A stretch of 64,000 bases of DNA from an uncultured Gammaproteobacteria bacterium. Its GTDB lineage: Bacteria; Patescibacteriota; Microgenomatia; UBA1406; GWC2-37-13. Below the pieces are notes generated by a model. It had not been told where the DNA came from and made no database searches. It worked only from the letters and a program-made list of their open reading frames with translations. Below are positions 1-9,436 of this stretch, piece by piece (position 1 is the stretch's first letter; each line of letters starts with the position of its first letter). A program made the position numbers and the translations under genes. The stretch lies in contig CAZQAU010000001.1 of the NCBI GenBank assembly GCA_964591375.1, positions 16,129-80,128 of the forward strand, read 5' to 3'.

Positions 1-2
1 TG

Positions 3-368
3 GCTAGATATGTATTGTACGATGACACATGTGTTTTGATACGAAGATTTAGATATGTGTATCTTTGTGCAAATCACGATAAGAAAAACATTGGCAAATA
101 TCCCTGTTTGATGTCATTGACAAATGTTTTGTCCTATGCGATTGGGAATTTGGTTTGTGTGCGAACCAAAAAAGGAGTTATTCTTGTAGAAAACAAATAC
201 AAAGAAAACAAGATGGATCAAAAGATGGCAAACAATCAAAACAAACCAACCGAATCGGGTACCACAAACAGTATGGCAGATAGTTCAGATGAATATCGCA
301 AAAAGGAAAGGACAATTATGTCTGCGATAAATCAGGTCAATATTCCAATGGAATGGTATTGGGATTAA
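3..368 (+). CDS. hypothetical protein, C-terminal fragment (frame open to the left window edge)
   Basis: No stop in this frame between nt 3 and the TAA at 366-368. The track shows only the TTG-initiated part (15..368). No motif recognised. Confidence 0.35.
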   Translation, partial: ARYVLYDDTCVLIRRFRYVYLCANHDKKNIGKYPCLMSLTNVLSYAIGNLVCVRTKKGVILVENKYKENKMDQKMANNQNKPTESGTTNSMADSSDEYRKKERTIMSAINQVNIPMEWYWD

Positions 369-490
369 TTTGTTATTTTTTCAAAAATGGGTTTTGTTTA
401 TTGTATTGTGTTTTTAAATCTGTATAAAAATTTGTGTTGCAAAATAAACAAGAGTGTTATTAAGAAAAGAGTTTTTTGCAAACACCCCCA

Positions 491-979
491 ATGGCATTGG
501 TTCGCAGGCATTTGGCAAATGAATATTATTCAAAAAAGGACGAGGATTTTTACAAGGCATTGGAATTTTGTTTAAATAAAGCACTTAAAAAAGATGTACA
601 TGTATGGTTAGAAGTTTTAAATCATACAACTACAGAAGCAAGCATAAAAGAAAATGAGCAGCCATCAACATGGATGATGATATACTGGTTGCTTTCCCAT
701 TACAAAGACAAAGAGTATAGCAACTTGTTTTCAAAGGAAATGATAGAAATAATTGATTTTTACGATGCCGCAGGAGATGACCAGTTTAAATTAAAGGAAT
801 CTGATGCAATTAGATATTTTTGCCCAGATATAAAAGAAAAAGAAGAGGAAGAACAAAAACAAATAGAAGATTATGAAGTGGTCAACAAAACATGGAAAGA
901 AACAATAATTTCAATGTTTTACACGTTTTGCTGCTGCAAAGAAGCCAAGTTATACAATCGATTAAAGCTCGATAATTAA
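491..979 (+). CDS. hypothetical protein (162 aa, acidic, Cys-rich C-terminal patch FCCCK)
   Basis: Track ORF 476..979 starts at TTG; the first ATG is at 491 (MALVRRH...). Its stop overlaps the stop of the convergent ORF 976..1311 by 4 nt (TTAA). Confidence 0.55.
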   Translation: MALVRRHLANEYYSKKDEDFYKALEFCLNKALKKDVHVWLEVLNHTTTEASIKENEQPSTWMMIYWLLSHYKDKEYSNLFSKEMIEIIDFYDAAGDDQFKLKESDAIRYFCPDIKEKEEEEQKQIEDYEVVNKTWKETIISMFYTFCCCKEAKLYNRLKLDN

Positions 980-1311
980 ATGTGTTTGTGTTCCTTTAGT
1001 AAAATATCGTTCAATTTGTTGCTTTGGATTTTGTCTTTGTATAAACGCATTGTAAGTCTGGAAACATAGATTTTGTAAATTACGAAAATAATCACTGCAA
1101 TCATAAATGTAAGCTGCACAGTTGGCATAATTATGGCCATGATAGACAAGCCCCCGGCCGGGGCTTGCTGTTCTTTTTTTATATCCTCGTCCGTGATAAA
1201 TAATTTCCCGTGCTTTTCGTAGTTTGTGCCAAGATTGTAATAGATGTTGTAAAATGAATATAATATAAATAGAGTAAATATAATTATACTAATAGCTCTG
1301 CTAAGAGTCAT
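976..1311 (-). CDS. small membrane protein (111 aa, 2 hydrophobic segments)
   Basis: ATG start (cat at 1309-1311). Hydrophobic runs AISIIIFTLFILYSFYNIYY and LSIMAIIMPTVQLTFMIAVIIFVIYKIY. The loop between them is encoded by a GC-rich near-palindrome. Confidence 0.55.
   Translation of the reverse strand: MTLSRAISIIIFTLFILYSFYNIYYNLGTNYEKHGKLFITDEDIKKEQQAPAGGLSIMAIIMPTVQLTFMIAVIIFVIYKIYVSRLTMRLYKDKIQSNKLNDILLKEHKHI
1147..1167. other. GC-rich near-palindrome CAAGCCCCCGGCCGGGGCTTG inside a small membrane-protein ORF
   Basis: Arms CAAGCCCC / GGGGCTTG around CGGCC. About 80% G+C in a roughly 30% G+C neighbourhood. It encodes the loop ...QQAPAGGLS.... Confidence 0.5.
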
Positions 1312-1369
1312 TTCGAAAAAAAATGTTTACTAACTATACATAAAGTACAAAATTATATAAATACATTTT

Positions 1370-4300
1370 TTACACTTTTTGTTTATGGTTCTTTTCTGCA
1401 AGTCTTCTGTTATATGAAGGGGATAACTTGAAACAATATGTTTTTACGATATGTTCGTATTTGGTAATGATTGATTTCAATGCTTTTAGTGGAGGATGGG
1501 CAATAATCATACCAATCGCTTCGTTACTAGCTGACATCAACGCATTCAATTGAGCATATTGTGTTTTTGATGAATTCGGTACTGATTCTGTTTTAGGGCA
1601 AGTAGTATCATTCAGCATACTTGGAAATAATACAAATGTTGCATTTGAGGTAAATGTCATCATGGATGGTTTCTGAGGGTCTTGTGTCATATAACTAGCC
1701 TTGGGCTTTGTAGAGGCTTTTTGTTTTTCGGTGTTTTTTATTTCTTGTATAGAGCCTGGGATAATTCCGTATGCTATAGGAATATCAAATTGGGACAATG
1801 CCAATGGAATATCGTCTCGTATTTCAACAATTTTAGAAAGCATATCTACATTGAAATATGCCCGAGAAGTAGTTTTCAAATCAAAACAATTTTCGACTTC
1901 TTTAGGACGAGGCTTAAATTCTCCATTTTCGTAATCAGGCAATGTGTTTGCCATATAGGATAATGACTCTATCATCTTAAAAAACATCGTCATTTTCGCA
2001 ATGTGTGACACTCTATTGTCTTCCATTTGTTCTTGAGTAAATGGTGCATATCGTTTTTCATTTGGCAATATCATACCATCTTCAGGATTTATATATCTTT
2101 CTCTTACATGCCGCAGTAACTGATGCCCAAGCAAATTTTGATTCATTGTTTTATGGATGTATGCCAAAAGCTTTCTGTCTATATCGCGTTGGAGTTTGAT
2201 ACGATTTGCAGTCTCATTTTTCTCAATTCCACATTCTCTTAAATTTGTATAACTAAATCCTTGATTCAGTTCAGTCCTTGGTGCATCAATAGGATAAATA
2301 AACGAAAGTTCCTCAAATAATTCTTCTTTTGTAACAAAGCCTTCTGAGACGAGTTTTTCCAAAAGCTCTCGTTTGTGGGTGCGAATAATTTCATACATAC
2401 CAGCCAAGCTTTTTTTCTTTTTTGTGATTTCTACCTCTGGAGACTGAGACGTATCAAAAACATAGCTAGGCCTATAGTAAAAATCCGATTCATGCGTAAT
2501 AAAGTTGCGAAGATTGTATTTTTCAGTCTCAGTTGCACCTGTATGCAGGCTAATAATATCGGCTGTTTTGTTGTTCATTCCTGGCATTACATAAGGATCT
2601 GTTGGTGAATCAATCGAAATCCCCCAAAAAATATTCCTTTTTTTGTAATACGCCACTCTCGGATCAGCAGCCAGTTTATATATTTCGTAATGGACTGGAC
2701 CATCAAACCGAGGGCATGTGATAGAAACGGTTCTAAGACGAACAAATTTGTTGATATTGTTTTCTTTGTTTTTCCTTTCAGCAAGGATCACGTTTTTAAA
2801 ACTAAACCTATCAAGACCCAAATCGGGATACCATGGACATGGATCATTACCAACACGAGAACAAAATGCACAACCGCACCATTTGCTATTATTCATATGC
2901 ACAAACTTTGGAAGATGTGGTTTTGGTTCAGAAGGAGACCACTCACATTTTATCTTATTTCGGGGTAATGCTTGCAATATTTTTTTGGCTTCTTTTTTCT
3001 CAATGCCATGGTGATACATTATGCATTGCAAGACGCGTTCTTTGTGTATAAGTCTCCATGAATACCATCCAATAACTCCTGTTCTCATATATAACGATTG
3101 GCAATAAGGAATATCCCATAATAATCCATATGAAATTATTTTGTTGACTTCTTGTTTCACATATGCCAATTTGTGACCAATGGGATGCTTCAACGAAAAC
3201 AATAACAATTCTACAACAATAGGATAATCAACCCATAATTCATTATTTGAGCAAAGTACTTCACTAAGATCTACCATAGCTTCTTCAGTTATTTTGTATG
3301 TATGATTCATAGGAAATAAAAACGCATATAAAGAGCTTAGCGGTTGCATCCAGTCCACAATTCTCAAACAAGCTGAAAAATCCTTAGGGTCAGGTATTTT
3401 TTTGGTTTTCAGTTTTTGCATTAAAGAGTATTTTCGTTTCCCAGTGCAGTTTACAAACTGGACTTTGATTAATGCCAAATATGTCTCTGGATTTTTGAAT
3501 GCCTCTACAAACATATCACATATTTCATCCATGGTCATGCAGCCTATAAATTCATGCAGTATTCTATAGTAATGTGCCAATTCGATCGGTAACATTCCTT
3601 TTGCTACATATTGTTCATATTCACGAAGTTCGCCTTCCATTCGAGAGGCTTCCTTATTGCCCAAAATTGAGGATTTTTTTGTAAAAAGCATTCTTCTCAC
3701 CCAGCAAATAGTAAAGTATAAAACGTTTCGGTCTCCTTTGTAATAATTCCTTATTGCAAGTGGGTAATAAGGACATTGTCTCATAAAATAGGGTTGAATT
3801 TTTGCATATGTAAGAATCAATGGGGTAAAGGCCGATTGCATTGCCTGTAGCATTCTACTATCAAGTAACATCATGCAAACATTTTTGTTTCTGGATGGCA
3901 GAAATACGGCCTTGACAAACTCTGGCTCTCCAGGAAATTCGGCAAGACGAGCTGTTTGCATGGATTTTAAATAAAATGTGTTCAAAACAAATGCTGTCTC
4001 GACCACATCAAAAATCCTGTGCTTTGGCATCTCAAGCAATGCCATAAATTTTGCATTTGACGGGGCGACAGGATTAGCATACTGCAAGTCATAATAATGA
4101 ATTAAGTGTCTGGTATTTTCTCCTTGATGTACATAAACAAGCTCGCATTGTACATCACTGGGTCTGGGCTTGGTTACTTTAAGCTGATGAGTTATAATAT
4201 AAGCAATATTTCTGTAAAACTGCATGGCTTCGTAGAACATGCGTCCAATTGGTATAAATGGACAATCTTCAAACAAAAAAAGGTATCTATTTTTGATGGT

Positions 4301-6784
4301 TGTTTTGTTACAAGATAGATTCATAATAACATCAAAAGATGGTAAATCAAAGTTGCCTTCTGGATTGAACACAAACTTGATAGCAATAAGACACACCATA
4401 GCACAAATGGCACAGTAAATACAAGTTTGATTCTTTTCGCAAAACCACGAACAAAAGGTATCTTCGTTTTCCATAGATTTTATAATACGGCAATAGTTTT
4501 CAGGAATAGATGGGATTCCCATATTTAATTTAACATATCCGCAAAACACACACGATTTTCTATTGTAGTTTAAGGTTATATCGTGTTTTTGAACAGAATG
4601 GAATGCCGATTTCAAAGTGGTATACATAGCAAATCCCAGTCGCAAAGGGTGTATAATACGCATATTGACATTTTCCATAGTATCAAACTGTCCAACAATA
4701 TGCTTAGGTATGGATTTAACGGCATTTGTATTCACCAAATTTTCCTTATCGTCATTAAACATATTTATCACAGTCGAAGGATCTGTATTACTATAAATAT
4801 CTCTATTCATTTCATTCAATCCTGCTCCTTTCTTTTGTAGTATGTGCTCTTTGGGCTTAAACACCGCTTCATCTTCATCTTCACTATTTTCCTCTTGATT
4901 TATATTGTCTTGATTTAATAATTCATCCAAATCGCCCAACAAAGCACTATCGTTGGAACAACTTGTAATGCTATCATTATCTGATGGAGGTTTTCCCAAA
5001 AAAATCTCTTCAAAATTATTTACTAAGCCAGGCGAAATAGTTTGATTATCTTCAAACAAATGCGCAGTCTGTGTGTAATCAGTTACACCATCAGTAACTC
5101 CCGTGCTATAAATAAATATCCCAGATTGGTTGCAACTTTTTTGCCTTCGCTTAAATGTGTTTTGATAGTATTCTGCAGTAATATTGGCTTGGTCCAAATC
5201 GTTATTTTTAAATGCTTCTGATATCTTTGTATGCAATGTGGACATCTCAAAAATCTCTTGCAACATTTGCTCAATTTGGATGGAAATATTGCCATTCTCA
5301 GGATTTGCCTCTAATACATTTTCAGGATCAATAACAAATCTAAGATAATTCGCGTCTCCACGCAAAAGCTTTATCATTCTATCCATTTCATCAGGCCAAT
5401 ATAACAGTGGCATTGAGGCAGTAAATGATTTGCCATTAATAACAGAATTTTCAATCAAATCAATTTCTTTTGTCATGTGTTTAAACGATGGTTCATATAC
5501 TGCTTCCGGATTCTTCTTGATAAAATCCTCAATATCATGTTTTCGTTTCTCAATCAAAGCAGATAAAATAAATGCATTCAGTACATACAATTTGCGAGGA
5601 ATATCAAAGCAATATATGTGATGGGCTTTATCCAAAGCGCTTTTTCTGGTATCTGTCTTCAAAAAATCAACCACACTCACATCTGGTACATATTTTATCT
5701 TGATGCTTTTTTCGTTGATGATTGTATTCAAAATAAATTCCTGTCCTATACCATATTGAATTTCCAAAAGCCCTTGATTTTTCCTATAGGTATCTTCTAA
5801 TAAATCCACTCGAATCACCCTATCCAACACACCCCTCACTGCTTGCATATTAATATAAATATTCTCTATCTCGTTGTTTATCACATCTTTAATATTCGTA
5901 TTGATTTCTTGTTCTTCTTCGATGCTTGGCTTGTCTAAGTGAATACCAATGTTTGGACTCAAAGGCCTGTTTGCTTGCACTTGGCAACTCATAGTTTCCA
6001 GTTCTTTGATTTTTTTCTCCATTTCTTCCATTCTGAACGCATGGTCTTCCTGGATTTTTTTCATAATACTTTCCTGGGCCATTAGATATGTTTGCGTGCA
6101 TATTACGTTGTTGTACCATACCCCTCCCTCGAACAACGTTGCACCAAGATGTTCCTTGTTGAATTCTTTTATCATCGGAAACGCTTCTGACAACATCCCT
6201 CCATTCTGTACTATTGCACTGATGATGAAATGTGGTATTTCCGTTAGCTTTGTCGCGGCCATTCCCCACTTTATAAGCACTGTGATCATAGAATAACCCG
6301 CTTTGAGAAAATACGACTTTTGGCGTCTGATTTCCATCCAGTCGTCTATTGTTGTAATATAGGTATCGGATTCTGCCAAGACCCTCTCGATGTTCATCTG
6401 AGAAATCACGATATTGAACGTGTTCCTCGACCATCTCAGTTTCATTGTCTGAACAAACAGCAGATGAAAGTCCAAACATGTCCTTGGCAAATAGACTATT
6501 TTCATTATCATGTCCTTGAATATTGTCTTGGTCAGCCATTTTGGAGGCACATAATATTCCTGTACTATAAATGCTGGGGACTCGTTTTCTGTTAAACACA
6601 AAGTTTGTTTCGCACTCGACTGACCAGCCTTCTGTGGTACAAAAACACGAGGAAGCAGCGGCATTTGTTCCAAATCCTTCTCTTTCATAGCATTTTTCAC
6701 TATGGTCTTCAGATCTTTCTCGTGTCTCTTCGATCTCTTTTGAGTAGTCGATCCATGAAGAACCAAGTCCGATTTGCGTTTCAT
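1370..6784 (-). CDS. giant hypothetical protein (1804 aa), no recognisable catalytic motif
   Basis: A 5.4-kb uninterrupted frame in A+T-rich DNA. The track start at 6787 is TTG; the ATG is at 6782-6784. Two Cys clusters: CVFCGY...CSWFCEKNQTCIYCAIC and WCGCAFCSRVGNDPCPW. An acidic Ser/Asp/Glu-rich linker lies near aa 610-660. No Walker A or polymerase motif found. Confidence 0.85.
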   Translation of the reverse strand: MKRKSDLVLHGSTTQKRSKRHEKDLKTIVKNAMKEKDLEQMPLLPRVFVPQKAGQSSAKQTLCLTENESPAFIVQEYYVPPKWLTKTIFKDMIMKIVYLPRTCLDFHLLFVQTMKLRWSRNTFNIVISQMNIERVLAESDTYITTIDDWMEIRRQKSYFLKAGYSMITVLIKWGMAATKLTEIPHFIISAIVQNGGMLSEAFPMIKEFNKEHLGATLFEGGVWYNNVICTQTYLMAQESIMKKIQEDHAFRMEEMEKKIKELETMSCQVQANRPLSPNIGIHLDKPSIEEEQEINTNIKDVINNEIENIYINMQAVRGVLDRVIRVDLLEDTYRKNQGLLEIQYGIGQEFILNTIINEKSIKIKYVPDVSVVDFLKTDTRKSALDKAHHIYCFDIPRKLYVLNAFILSALIEKRKHDIEDFIKKNPEAVYEPSFKHMTKEIDLIENSVINGKSFTASMPLLYWPDEMDRMIKLLRGDANYLRFVIDPENVLEANPENGNISIQIEQMLQEIFEMSTLHTKISEAFKNNDLDQANITAEYYQNTFKRRQKSCNQSGIFIYSTGVTDGVTDYTQTAHLFEDNQTISPGLVNNFEEIFLGKPPSDNDSITSCSNDSALLGDLDELLNQDNINQEENSEDEDEAVFKPKEHILQKKGAGLNEMNRDIYSNTDPSTVINMFNDDKENLVNTNAVKSIPKHIVGQFDTMENVNMRIIHPLRLGFAMYTTLKSAFHSVQKHDITLNYNRKSCVFCGYVKLNMGIPSIPENYCRIIKSMENEDTFCSWFCEKNQTCIYCAICAMVCLIAIKFVFNPEGNFDLPSFDVIMNLSCNKTTIKNRYLFLFEDCPFIPIGRMFYEAMQFYRNIAYIITHQLKVTKPRPSDVQCELVYVHQGENTRHLIHYYDLQYANPVAPSNAKFMALLEMPKHRIFDVVETAFVLNTFYLKSMQTARLAEFPGEPEFVKAVFLPSRNKNVCMMLLDSRMLQAMQSAFTPLILTYAKIQPYFMRQCPYYPLAIRNYYKGDRNVLYFTICWVRRMLFTKKSSILGNKEASRMEGELREYEQYVAKGMLPIELAHYYRILHEFIGCMTMDEICDMFVEAFKNPETYLALIKVQFVNCTGKRKYSLMQKLKTKKIPDPKDFSACLRIVDWMQPLSSLYAFLFPMNHTYKITEEAMVDLSEVLCSNNELWVDYPIVVELLLFSLKHPIGHKLAYVKQEVNKIISYGLLWDIPYCQSLYMRTGVIGWYSWRLIHKERVLQCIMYHHGIEKKEAKKILQALPRNKIKCEWSPSEPKPHLPKFVHMNNSKWCGCAFCSRVGNDPCPWYPDLGLDRFSFKNVILAERKNKENNINKFVRLRTVSITCPRFDGPVHYEIYKLAADPRVAYYKKRNIFWGISIDSPTDPYVMPGMNNKTADIISLHTGATETEKYNLRNFITHESDFYYRPSYVFDTSQSPEVEITKKKKSLAGMYEIIRTHKRELLEKLVSEGFVTKEELFEELSFIYPIDAPRTELNQGFSYTNLRECGIEKNETANRIKLQRDIDRKLLAYIHKTMNQNLLGHQLLRHVRERYINPEDGMILPNEKRYAPFTQEQMEDNRVSHIAKMTMFFKMIESLSYMANTLPDYENGEFKPRPKEVENCFDLKTTSRAYFNVDMLSKIVEIRDDIPLALSQFDIPIAYGIIPGSIQEIKNTEKQKASTKPKASYMTQDPQKPSMMTFTSNATFVLFPSMLNDTTCPKTESVPNSSKTQYAQLNALMSASNEAIGMIIAHPPLKALKSIITKYEHIVKTYCFKLSPSYNRRLAEKNHKQKV

Positions 6785-6927
6785 CAACGGGTATATCCAG
6801 CTTTAGTCAAATATTATCTGCAGAAATAGTTTTTTTATGTTACATACATAACAATTAGTATTTTTAAAATCTTGTTACATATCCTATTCCGCACAAAACA
6901 TTTTTCAAAAAAACCATTTGTTACATA

Positions 6928-7155
6928 ATGAATATAGAAGAAATCAAACCCATCGAAGAAATTCAAAACATTTTGGGAACTGCTTACAATGATACTAGCA
7001 CAGATTGGTCTGAAGTGGTCACGATAGTCCAAACATACAACTCTTGGGTGAAGATCGGGATCAACGCTTTTCTCTTCACGGCCTTTCTTTTTTGTTTTTG
7101 GCAATGGCTTTATCACCGTAGCAACAAAGTCACCAAAATCAAAAAAATATGTTAG
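6928..7155 (+). CDS. small tail-anchored membrane protein (75 aa)
   Basis: ATG start and a C-terminal hydrophobic run INAFLFTAFLFCFWQWLY. The competing antisense ORF 6835..7116 has only a GTG start. Confidence 0.4.
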   Translation: MNIEEIKPIEEIQNILGTAYNDTSTDWSEVVTIVQTYNSWVKIGINAFLFTAFLFCFWQWLYHRSNKVTKIKKIC

Positions 7156-7371
7156 AAAAATTATTTATCTTTTTTGCGATTTGTCAAATTTGTGTTTTTT
7201 GGATTTGCAAAAAAAGTGATTGAATTGTAATAAAAATTAAATATAAAAAATTTTATTCTTACAAATAGAAACCAATAACATATTTTTGGAAAATCACAAA
7301 AATCCCACAATTATATACCAAGGAAATAAAATCAAGACAAGGCGAAAGTTTATAAGATAGAAGGTAAATTT

Positions 7372-8274
7372 TTAAACAGTTTTTCCTTGTACAAGATTAT
7401 CTTGTGCCTGAGATCGTGCGGCTTCTTTCATAATAGACAATTCACTTGCACCATATGCAGTAAATACTTTGTTTTTGTCATTGAACACCATCAAATCAGG
7501 TTTTTCCTTTTCAACATTCAATGATGCCACAAGGAATCCACCTAGTGTCATGGAAGAAGCGATCCATGCAACAACATATAACGAAAATGCCACATAAAAT
7601 CTATTTAATTCATTAGGGGCATGGGTGTTTACATGGCGGTCATCGTAGTCCTTTGTCCATACAAATAACGAAATCCAAGCAATCAATCCATACAGAGACA
7701 TCGTAAGCAAAGGCTCGATCATTGCTTTATTGTGTTTGGGACTTGTTTTTTGATACATGTGCCCGTATCTGAACCAGCTTCCGAATGATATAAAGAAAAA
7801 GAATGCTCCGATAATTGAAGTTGCCAGTAAGAAATCAGGGATATTGAAATCATTGACCAGTGCAAAAATACCAACCATGGCAGCAATGCCACATGCGGCA
7901 GTGTACAAGTAGAAAAGAACGATGCCGACTAAATACAATGTGAAAAAGGGAACACTATCTTCATGCACAAAAATAGTCACAGTTTCTGTACTGGGTACGG
8001 CTGTAGTGTATTTCGATGTAGAAGTTGGGTGCCCTAATATATTTACTTTGAATTCTCCTGTGGTGGATTCGGTGACCATATCGGTGAATATTTTGGTTTC
8101 TTGTGGGTTCAAATCCGAGATGCCCACCTGATTTAGAATAGGAGATGCCATAGGAATAACATTTCCGGAAGGAGTATTTATAGTTTGTGTAGATTGTATT
8201 GTATCACCAGCCTTTCTATGAATCAATTGTTCTTTATAGGATTTGCCTATCGGTCTTGATTGTGCCACAATCAT
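7372..8274 (-). CDS. polytopic membrane protein (300 aa, about 5 TM after a roughly 100-aa soluble N-terminus)
   Basis: ATG at 8272-8274. Several 20-aa hydrophobic runs (e.g. FFTLYLVGIVLFYLYTAACGIAAMVGIFALV, FYVAFSLYVVAWIASSMTLGGFLVASL). Confidence 0.7.
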   Translation of the reverse strand: MIVAQSRPIGKSYKEQLIHRKAGDTIQSTQTINTPSGNVIPMASPILNQVGISDLNPQETKIFTDMVTESTTGEFKVNILGHPTSTSKYTTAVPSTETVTIFVHEDSVPFFTLYLVGIVLFYLYTAACGIAAMVGIFALVNDFNIPDFLLATSIIGAFFFFISFGSWFRYGHMYQKTSPKHNKAMIEPLLTMSLYGLIAWISLFVWTKDYDDRHVNTHAPNELNRFYVAFSLYVVAWIASSMTLGGFLVASLNVEKEKPDLMVFNDKNKVFTAYGASELSIMKEAARSQAQDNLVQGKTV

Positions 8275-8542
8275 GATTTTTTTGGTATATAATGGTTACC
8301 AATTAAAATATTATGTATCTAAGAAAAAAATTCGAGAATGTGGATTAATTTTATATCTTATTTTATAGTATTGTATATATTACAAACTACATTATATTTT
8401 TTCTTTATACGAATTTTACAAAAAACATTTTGAAAAAGTGAGTATTATTTATACAAAACAAAGGTATATGCATAGAACCACTCAATGAGAACGCAATTTA
8501 TATTTTTTTGAACGAGAATTTATAGAATTAATATACATTTTT

Positions 8543-9268
8543 TTATTTTGCTTTTTGGGATCCAGGATTGAATAATATTGGCTGAGTTCTTCCGTATGCA
8601 CCCACATTCATATATATTACAAATAACGCTTGGACATCTGCGATTCCTGCACACAGAGAAGAATATCTGGAACTGACTAGAGCCAATGTACCATTATATA
8701 ATTCTGGATAGAGATGGAAATGTGCCCCATATGTAGCGGTAATGACTATAAAAATTACAGCAACCATAAACAATCCAAAATCCATTTTACCAATGTCTCG
8801 TTTATTGTCTAGAATAGTGTCTGTATTCAACGAATACCATCTTGAGACGATTCGAGTAAATAAATAATATATCAAAAAGAACCCGCCATGTAATGATGTG
8901 AACACAACCAAGGCTATAGTATACATATCTGTATCTGTCCATCCGATTGCCAGTCCAAGGAATGTAATGGCCGAACAAAAATGAGGTACAAATATAAACA
9001 AAAATACATATGCTACTGTTGCAGTTTCGGCCCACTTTGACACATGGGTATATTTATCACTATCGGCTTTGAAAATGTCAAACGGAGCGAAAACGTGTCG
9101 AAAACGTATGACGATATTGTAGATGGGATTGGCGACGAAATGATGCAGAAAGGCTTCGACTGGGGTCAGGACAAAATCATTGAAAGGTCTAAATAAGATA
9201 GCTACAAATGCATAGATTTTTAGGTATAGTTGTTTGAAGAAGCTGCCTATGTTTTCCAAAAGCGTCAT
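8543..9268 (-). CDS. polytopic membrane protein (241 aa, about 4-5 TM)
   Basis: ATG at 9266-9268. Hydrophobic runs TATVAYVFLFIFVPHFCSAITFLGLAIGW, MYTIALVVFTSLHGGFFLIYYLF and FGLFMVAVIFIVITATYGA. Confidence 0.7.
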   Translation of the reverse strand: MTLLENIGSFFKQLYLKIYAFVAILFRPFNDFVLTPVEAFLHHFVANPIYNIVIRFRHVFAPFDIFKADSDKYTHVSKWAETATVAYVFLFIFVPHFCSAITFLGLAIGWTDTDMYTIALVVFTSLHGGFFLIYYLFTRIVSRWYSLNTDTILDNKRDIGKMDFGLFMVAVIFIVITATYGAHFHLYPELYNGTLALVSSRYSSLCAGIADVQALFVIYMNVGAYGRTQPILFNPGSQKAK

Positions 9269-9436
9269 GGTTGTTTAGTATACTATTAGAAATAATCTAT
9301 TTGTTTTTAGAAAAATAGTCTAATGATAATTATGAAAACCTATTTTTTGGTATAAAAGAAGATTGGATATTTTACAGTTTTTTAATTAAAGTATTTTTGG
9401 AATAGCAGATATAGTAATTTTAGTTGTAGGGAAGTT

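Noticed and set aside
6835..7116. 93-aa minus-strand ORF opposite the small tail-anchored protein gene.
   Set aside because: It has only a GTG start and no internal ATG until its last residues, so it is implausible under ATG initiation.
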